Virus record (IMG/VR): IMGVR_UViG_3300024255_000127
Span: 1-27,314 of that record
Direction: 5' to 3' (one strand)
From: a virus
Taxonomy: Duplodnaviria > Caudoviricetes
DNA length: 27,314 nt
Positions 22,109 through 27,314 of the stretch are shown here, in pieces. Each line of letters begins with the position of its first letter. The stretch's first letter is position 1. The position numbers and the translations under genes are program-made. Below the pieces are notes generated by a model. The model was not told the DNA's origin and ran no database searches. It saw only the letters and a list, made by a program, of their open reading frames with translations.

Positions 22109-24192
22109 TGGCATATCAAATCCAATTTACAGATTTTACAAATAAAGGATCTATTGTTGTAGAAGATAGAGAAATAAACAATACTGATACTAGTTTATCT
22201 CTACCTGGCAGAAACAGCACAGCATACGGTGAAGCGATTGCAGGTAACTTCTTGCATATTTTAGAAAACTTTGCAAATAACAATCCGCCCGCTAATCCTG
22301 TTGAAGGACAAACATGGTATGATACAACTGTTGGTGTTGATGCACTTAAAGTGTATGACGGAACAAATTGGATTGAATCAGGAGGCATCAAAAAAGGCGC
22401 TGCACAACCTGAAGTTGGAAACAGTGTAATTGGCGACCTTTGGGTAGATACTAGTAATCAGCAATTATATTTGAACAACGGTTCAAGTTGGATACTTGTA
22501 GGACCAGAATTTAGTGAAGGTTTATCATCAGGTACAAAAGCAGAACTAATCCAAGGTACAGATGATAAAAGTTACACAGTATTAAAAGTTGAAGTAGGTG
22601 CTCAACCTATAGCAATTATAACAAATGCACAATTTACACCTAAAGTAAATATTAGAGGCTTTTCAGTTCTTAAACCAGGATTTAATTTAACTAGTTTAAC
22701 ACTGTCAAGTACTAATGCCAAGTATAACGGCACAGCAGAATCAGCAGAAGCACTTAGAATTGGAAACAGCAATATTCCATCTAGTAACTTTTTACGTGCT
22801 GACGTAGATACAACATCAAATGGTACACTTTATGTTAAGAATAACCAGGGTGTGCAAGTAGGTGCAAATTCGCAATTAGCATTAGAAGCATCAGGAGAAA
22901 GCGGCGTTGTAAAAAGTAACTTCAACGGTGCTAGTTTAGACTTTAAAGTTAAAAATGATCAAGGCGAACAAACAGCAATTAGAATTAAGTCTAATACTAA
23001 TGTTGGTATTAATCAAGAAAATCCACAACTTCCGTTAGATGTAACAGGTAGCGGTCGTTTTTCAGGTAATTTAGACGTTAATGGTGTTGAAGATGCAGAT
23101 GATAGTTTTAATGATACATTAACTGAAGGCACTATTGTAACATCAGGCGGCGCGAGTGTTGCTAAGAATGTTAAAATTGGTGCAAAACTTACTGTAAAAG
23201 GTCAAACAAATATTGGTGGCGATGTTATTGCTGATCCAGATGCATTAACTAAACCTAACATGGAAGGGTTTGGTACTGTAAAAGCAGACACATTTGAAGG
23301 TTTCTTTAACGGAAGTGTGTCAGGTACTATTAATGGTACAGCATCAAGTGCAGCAAAACTTAACAATAAAACTGTATTTGAATTAACAGGTGATGTAAGT
23401 TCAGATCCAATAACATTTGACGGTGCAGGCGATCTTACAAAAACATTTACAACGACATTAAGTGATAGATTTATATCAGATAAGAGTGTAGTTGTTACTC
23501 CTCAAACAGGAGACGAATTATTAATTAACAGAACACAGGGTGAAGGCGGATTATTTAGAATATCTCAAACAAACTTGTTAAAAGGCGTTCCAAAAAATCC
23601 AGTAGGAATGATTGTACCTTTTGCAGGCGAAGTTGCGCCCCCTGGTTGGTACTTGTGTGATGGAAAAGAAATTAGACAAACAGAAGCATCAGCGTTATTC
23701 AGCGTAATAGGATTTAAATTTAAAGATCCACAAAGTCCAAATTTTCAAAACTCTGCGGCATCATTTTTTGCTTTACCAGACTTTAGAGGTAGATTTTTAC
23801 TAGGTGCTGATAACATGGGCGGCTTACCTGCAAATAGTGTAACTAATACAAACGCAGATAACATAGGTGGTTCATCTGGTTCTGAATTTAAAGATATTAA
23901 GGTAGAAAACTTACCAGAACACGAACACGACATGAAGTCGCCAGGTGGTACACAGCACTATGCAATTATTGATGATACTGTAGCACCCGATGAGCAAGGA
24001 AGTATTAACCAACCGTTGAATATTTCACAAGGCGCACAAACAACAAGTGGTATTCCATCAAGTGGTGGAATTAAAGAAGGCGGAACCGACGGGCAAGGAT
24101 CATTTAGAGGTGCAGAAAATTTAGGTACAGCACTAGATGCTTTACCACCGTTCGTTACAGTAAACTACATAATATTTGCCGATAATGTTTAG
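22108..24192 (+). CDS. Tail fibre protein with C-terminal phage tail collar domain (T4 gp12/gp10-like end)
   Basis: TAATG overlap with GGAGGT RBS (22094-22099). Collar motif from about 23599: PVGMIVPFAGEVAPPGWYLCDG...LFSVIG...FALPDFRGRFLLG, then LPEHEH (HxH) and PPFVTVNYII. N-terminal LENFA region is shared with the next two genes. Confidence 0.8.
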   Translation: MAYQIQFTDFTNKGSIVVEDREINNTDTSLSLPGRNSTAYGEAIAGNFLHILENFANNNPPANPVEGQTWYDTTVGVDALKVYDGTNWIESGGIKKGAAQPEVGNSVIGDLWVDTSNQQLYLNNGSSWILVGPEFSEGLSSGTKAELIQGTDDKSYTVLKVEVGAQPIAIITNAQFTPKVNIRGFSVLKPGFNLTSLTLSSTNAKYNGTAESAEALRIGNSNIPSSNFLRADVDTTSNGTLYVKNNQGVQVGANSQLALEASGESGVVKSNFNGASLDFKVKNDQGEQTAIRIKSNTNVGINQENPQLPLDVTGSGRFSGNLDVNGVEDADDSFNDTLTEGTIVTSGGASVAKNVKIGAKLTVKGQTNIGGDVIADPDALTKPNMEGFGTVKADTFEGFFNGSVSGTINGTASSAAKLNNKTVFELTGDVSSDPITFDGAGDLTKTFTTTLSDRFISDKSVVVTPQTGDELLINRTQGEGGLFRISQTNLLKGVPKNPVGMIVPFAGEVAPPGWYLCDGKEIRQTEASALFSVIGFKFKDPQSPNFQNSAASFFALPDFRGRFLLGADNMGGLPANSVTNTNADNIGGSSGSEFKDIKVENLPEHEHDMKSPGGTQHYAIIDDTVAPDEQGSINQPLNISQGAQTTSGIPSSGGIKEGGTDGQGSFRGAENLGTALDALPPFVTVNYIIFADNV

Positions 24193-24200
24193 GAAACGAT

Positions 24201-26030
24201 ATGAGTTATAATTTAAACAAAACAGATGGAACACTACTTACAGAACTTGTAGATGGGATACTGGACACTAATACTACTGACATAAGTCTAGTAGGTAGAA
24301 ACTATTCTGGATACGGCGAATTTATAAATGAAAACTTTATAAAGATGTTAGAAAACTTTGCTAATCCAAATAGTCCTGTTACACCATTAAAAGGACAACT
24401 TTGGTATGACACAAGCGAAAACAAATTAAAAGTATTTGACGGCACAGACTTCCAATCAGCAGCTGGTAGTTTTATTAGTGAAACTTTTCCTTCAGGACCA
24501 GTACCAGGCGACACATGGTTTAGTACAGCTGAAAAACAATTTTACTTGTATGATGGCACATCATGGACATTAATTGGTCCAGCATTTAGCAGATTGCAAG
24601 GAAAAAGTGGAGTTATAACAGATACAATTTTTGATACTGATCTAAATTCAAAAACAGTATTAAAATTATTTACAAACGAAATATTACATGCTGTTATATC
24701 AGGCGAAACATTTACTCCAAACCCTATTCCTAACAATTTAGTATCAGGATTAGTTACAGCAACTAATGCAACAGGAACTATTTTTAAAGGTGTAAATTTA
24801 ATAGATACAGTCGATTTTAAATATAGAGGTGTTGCTGAATTTGCGGAAAACTTAATTAATTCAGAAACTGGCGGAATAGTTAAAGAATCTGAATTAATGA
24901 AAAATAATGCCAATCAGGTATTACAAGGTAGATTAGACGTTAGAGTTAGTGCAGGTCTTTCAATTGGGCCAAATGACGATACTAGATTGTTTATGGATAA
25001 CGGCTTTACTATTAGAAATACTAGAGCAGGTGATGATTTTAATATTCTTGTACGTGGTGCTAATGATGTACTTGACCAAACAAGTGCGTTAATAATTAAG
25101 CCCACAACAAAACGTATAGGATTATTTAATTCAAACCCCGCTTATAATTTAGATGTTACAGGCGATGTACGTATTACTGGTAATTTAACAGTAGAAGGTG
25201 ACAGTTTTGTAACTGAAGCAGAAACACTACAAATAGCAGATAAAAATATTGAATTAGCTGTAGTAGATAGTCCTACAAACTTAACATGTGACCAAGGTGG
25301 CATTACATTAAAAGGCACTACTGATAAAACATTCCAATGGTTAAATTTAACAAGTTCATGGACAAGTAGCGAACACTTAGATCTAGCAAGTGGAAAAAGT
25401 TTTAAAGTTAATAGTACTGATGTATTATCAGCAACTACAATTGGCACTGGCGTAATTAACAGTAGCCTAAGAAATCTTGGTGTACTTGAAACACTTAATA
25501 TAGGTACAGGCGGCACAGCAAGTGTAAATATATCTAATGCAGGTGTAATTACAAGACCAGGCGCAGGATCAGGCTTATCAATTAACGTAGGCGGCGATGT
25601 TGATCTAAACAGTAACAAAATTACAAACTTGTTAACCCCAACAGCAGATGGCGATGGCGCTAATAAAGTATATGTTGATCAAACTGTACAAGTAGAACCA
25701 ATAGTAATGTCACTAGATATTACAGGCATGCTTAGTGTTAACGATGGAATTATTGCAATATTACAAAGTTTGTACCCTGCAACAACGTTTGCTAATGGCA
25801 AAGAAGCAAGAATTGCTACAACGTCTTATGCAGGTCAAGCAACAGACCCAATTGATATTGCAACACCTACTACAATCACTGAAGTGAATGTTAATGCAGC
25901 TGCAGGCGGCGTAGTAAGTGTAATACAGGGCATAAGTTTACCTAACTCTTTAACTCCTACATTTACGTTAAGCGTTACAAGAGGGACAAGAAACTTCATA
26001 ATTACTAATGGGGCATGGACTGCAAATTAG
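24201..26030 (+). CDS. Tail fibre / fibre-like structural protein (paralog 2)
   Basis: AGGA RBS overlaps the upstream TAG. Shared N-terminus LVGRNYSGYGEFINENFIKMLENFAN..P.KGQLWYD. Fibre-type motifs LDVTGDVRITGNLTVEG, DKNIEL..GGITLKG..DK and KITNLLTPTADGDGANKVYVD. Confidence 0.75.
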   Translation: MSYNLNKTDGTLLTELVDGILDTNTTDISLVGRNYSGYGEFINENFIKMLENFANPNSPVTPLKGQLWYDTSENKLKVFDGTDFQSAAGSFISETFPSGPVPGDTWFSTAEKQFYLYDGTSWTLIGPAFSRLQGKSGVITDTIFDTDLNSKTVLKLFTNEILHAVISGETFTPNPIPNNLVSGLVTATNATGTIFKGVNLIDTVDFKYRGVAEFAENLINSETGGIVKESELMKNNANQVLQGRLDVRVSAGLSIGPNDDTRLFMDNGFTIRNTRAGDDFNILVRGANDVLDQTSALIIKPTTKRIGLFNSNPAYNLDVTGDVRITGNLTVEGDSFVTEAETLQIADKNIELAVVDSPTNLTCDQGGITLKGTTDKTFQWLNLTSSWTSSEHLDLASGKSFKVNSTDVLSATTIGTGVINSSLRNLGVLETLNIGTGGTASVNISNAGVITRPGAGSGLSINVGGDVDLNSNKITNLLTPTADGDGANKVYVDQTVQVEPIVMSLDITGMLSVNDGIIAILQSLYPATTFANGKEARIATTSYAGQATDPIDIATPTTITEVNVNAAAGGVVSVIQGISLPNSLTPTFTLSVTRGTRNFIITNGAWTAN

Positions 26031-26038
26031 TATAAATA
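26031..26038 (+). promoter_or_regulatory. T4 late promoter consensus TATAAATA
   Basis: Exact match to the gp55-dependent consensus, starting immediately after the TAG at 26028-26030 and upstream of the AGGA RBS (26063-26066) and ATG at 26075. Confidence 0.75.
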
Positions 26039-26074
26039 CAACGTGTAAACACAGGATTATATAGGACAAAAAAA

Positions 26075-27314
26075 ATGGCGTATCAAATAGATAGATTTAA
26101 TAAGAGCCCTTTAACAACAGTAGAGGACGGTACTCTTGACGAAACTACAGATATTAAATTTGTAGGTAAAAATTATGCAGGATATGGAGAAATACATAAC
26201 GAAAATTTCTTATTCTTGCTAGAAAACTTTGCAGGTGCTAACCAGCCACCTAAACCAGTAAGCGGTCAACTTTGGTTTGACAGCGGTTCGGATAGAATAA
26301 AGTTTAGAGATGGCAACCAAAACTGGCGAACAGTAGGCGGTGCAGAAGTTTCCGGAGCTCAACCAGCAGGATTAGCAGAAGGTGATTTTTGGTGGGATAG
26401 TGCAAACGAACAACTTTATGTTTACAATGGTTCAAATTTTGTCCTAATTGGACCACAAGACGCAGGCGAAGGCCAAACAGCAATGATTAGTCGTACTGTA
26501 CTTGATAATACAAGCCCAACAGGCGTTTCAAGAAGTATTATTACAGCAACAGTAAATGATTCTGTAGAGTTTGTTATATCACCAGTAGCATTTACGCTAG
26601 GCTCAGGTGCAGACAACGAAATAACCGGCTTCAGTGATATTAAACAAGGTGTTACATTAAGAGACACGCCAGCTTCAGGTGTAACAAGTACAGCAGTAAG
26701 ATTCCACGGTACAGCAACAAACGCTGATAAATTGGGCGGCCTTAGTTCAGGTGATTTTGTACAAGGCGGTTCACCGAGCTTTGCTTCACAGTTAGACCTT
26801 AGTGCAGGATTAGTTACACATAGTAATTTTTACTTTACAATGCGTCCAGATAATCAAACTGGATTAATTAAAAATACAAGTGCAAATGCAAACCAAATTG
26901 ACTTTGAATTAAAAGCACCTTCTACAGGTACACTTACACATTCTGTTGCAATTACAGCAGGCGGCATAATGCCTGGTGTTGCATCAACTGATTTAACATT
27001 AGGTGACAGTGGAAACGTTTGGGACGAAGTACATGCTACAGCATTTAAAGGCACAGCAGATAATGCAAACCAATTAAGACTTGGTAATTCAGGTAGCTCT
27101 TATACGTATGCTACAGAATCTAACGTAGGCGGCACTATTGCTGTAAGACAGCAAGACGGTGCAAATACAAAACTAGTTGCAGATATTTTCCAAGGTACAG
27201 CAACACAAGCACAATTTGCTGACTTGGCAGAAAAATACACAGTAGAAAAAGATCATCCTGTAGGAACAGTTATGTATGTAAGCACAGCAGGTGAATATGA
27301 AATTGCACCGTGTT
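26075..27314 (+). CDS. Tail fibre protein (paralog 3), partial and 3'-truncated by the window; absent from the supplied ORF track
   Basis: Manual translation is open for 413 codons to the window end: MAYQIDRFNKSPLTTVEDGTLDETTDIKFVGKNYAGYGEIHNENFLFLLENFAGANQPPKPVSGQLWFD...FQGTATQAQFADLAEKYTVEKDHPVGTVMYV... It has an RBS and late promoter, and its N-terminus is paralogous to the two upstream genes. Confidence 0.85.
   Translation, partial: MAYQIDRFNKSPLTTVEDGTLDETTDIKFVGKNYAGYGEIHNENFLFLLENFAGANQPPKPVSGQLWFDSGSDRIKFRDGNQNWRTVGGAEVSGAQPAGLAEGDFWWDSANEQLYVYNGSNFVLIGPQDAGEGQTAMISRTVLDNTSPTGVSRSIITATVNDSVEFVISPVAFTLGSGADNEITGFSDIKQGVTLRDTPASGVTSTAVRFHGTATNADKLGGLSSGDFVQGGSPSFASQLDLSAGLVTHSNFYFTMRPDNQTGLIKNTSANANQIDFELKAPSTGTLTHSVAITAGGIMPGVASTDLTLGDSGNVWDEVHATAFKGTADNANQLRLGNSGSSYTYATESNVGGTIAVRQQDGANTKLVADIFQGTATQAQFADLAEKYTVEKDHPVGTVMYVSTAGEYEIAPC

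Noticed and set aside
53-26030. Stop-codon reassignment, as seen in some large phages
   Set aside because: Genes read as very long ORFs in the standard code, and both TAG and TAA end genes right before the next RBS and start. No TGA stop is used among these seven genes, but there is also no in-frame TGA to suggest recoding.
22262-26232. Identical 13-mer TAGAAAACTTTGC in all three fibre genes (22262, 24349, 26220) as a shuffling or inversion site
   Set aside because: It encodes the conserved LENFA peptide in common codons, all copies are in direct orientation, and no recombinase gene is present in the window.
571-27054. All minus-strand ORFs in the track (62-209 aa)
   Set aside because: Each lies wholly antisense to a long, motif-supported + strand gene and shows no recognisable motifs. 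They are best explained as antisense shadows.
53-27314. Host-encoded contractile system (T6SS, eCIS or tailocin) instead of a phage
   Set aside because: T4-type late promoter motifs, a T4-style gp6 N-terminus, the giant wedge and multiple fibres fit a large myovirus, and no TssK, membrane-complex or Afp-type ATPase genes are visible. It cannot be fully excluded without flanking sequence.
22108-27314. Diversity-generating retroelement acting on the fibre tips
   Set aside because: No reverse transcriptase gene and no template/variable repeat pair differing at adenines was seen in the window.
1-27314. tRNAs, CRISPR arrays and intrinsic terminators
   Set aside because: Intergenic gaps are at most about 55 nt and contain no cloverleaf, repeat-spacer pattern or GC-rich hairpin followed by a U-tract.

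Overview
AT-rich, densely coding window with every credible gene on the + strand. It looks like the baseplate and tail-fibre module of a large T4-like contractile-tailed phage (myovirus). Gene order: gp5/VgrG-like central hub with a C-terminal lambda-R-type lysozyme domain, a gp25-like wedge protein, a long gp6-like wedge protein (1158 aa), a giant 5008-aa multidomain wedge/adhesin protein in the gp7-like position, a 206-aa probable baseplate/fibre-attachment protein, and three paralogous fibre proteins that share an N-terminal region but end in different modules. The third fibre gene (from 26075) is missing from the supplied ORF track and runs off the window. T4-type late-promoter motifs (TATAAATA or NNTAAATA) sit in four gene junctions, and TAATG or TAGGA overlaps link the other genes. 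I found no RNA genes, CRISPR arrays, mobile elements or clear terminators. All family calls come from motif recognition by eye, not database searches.
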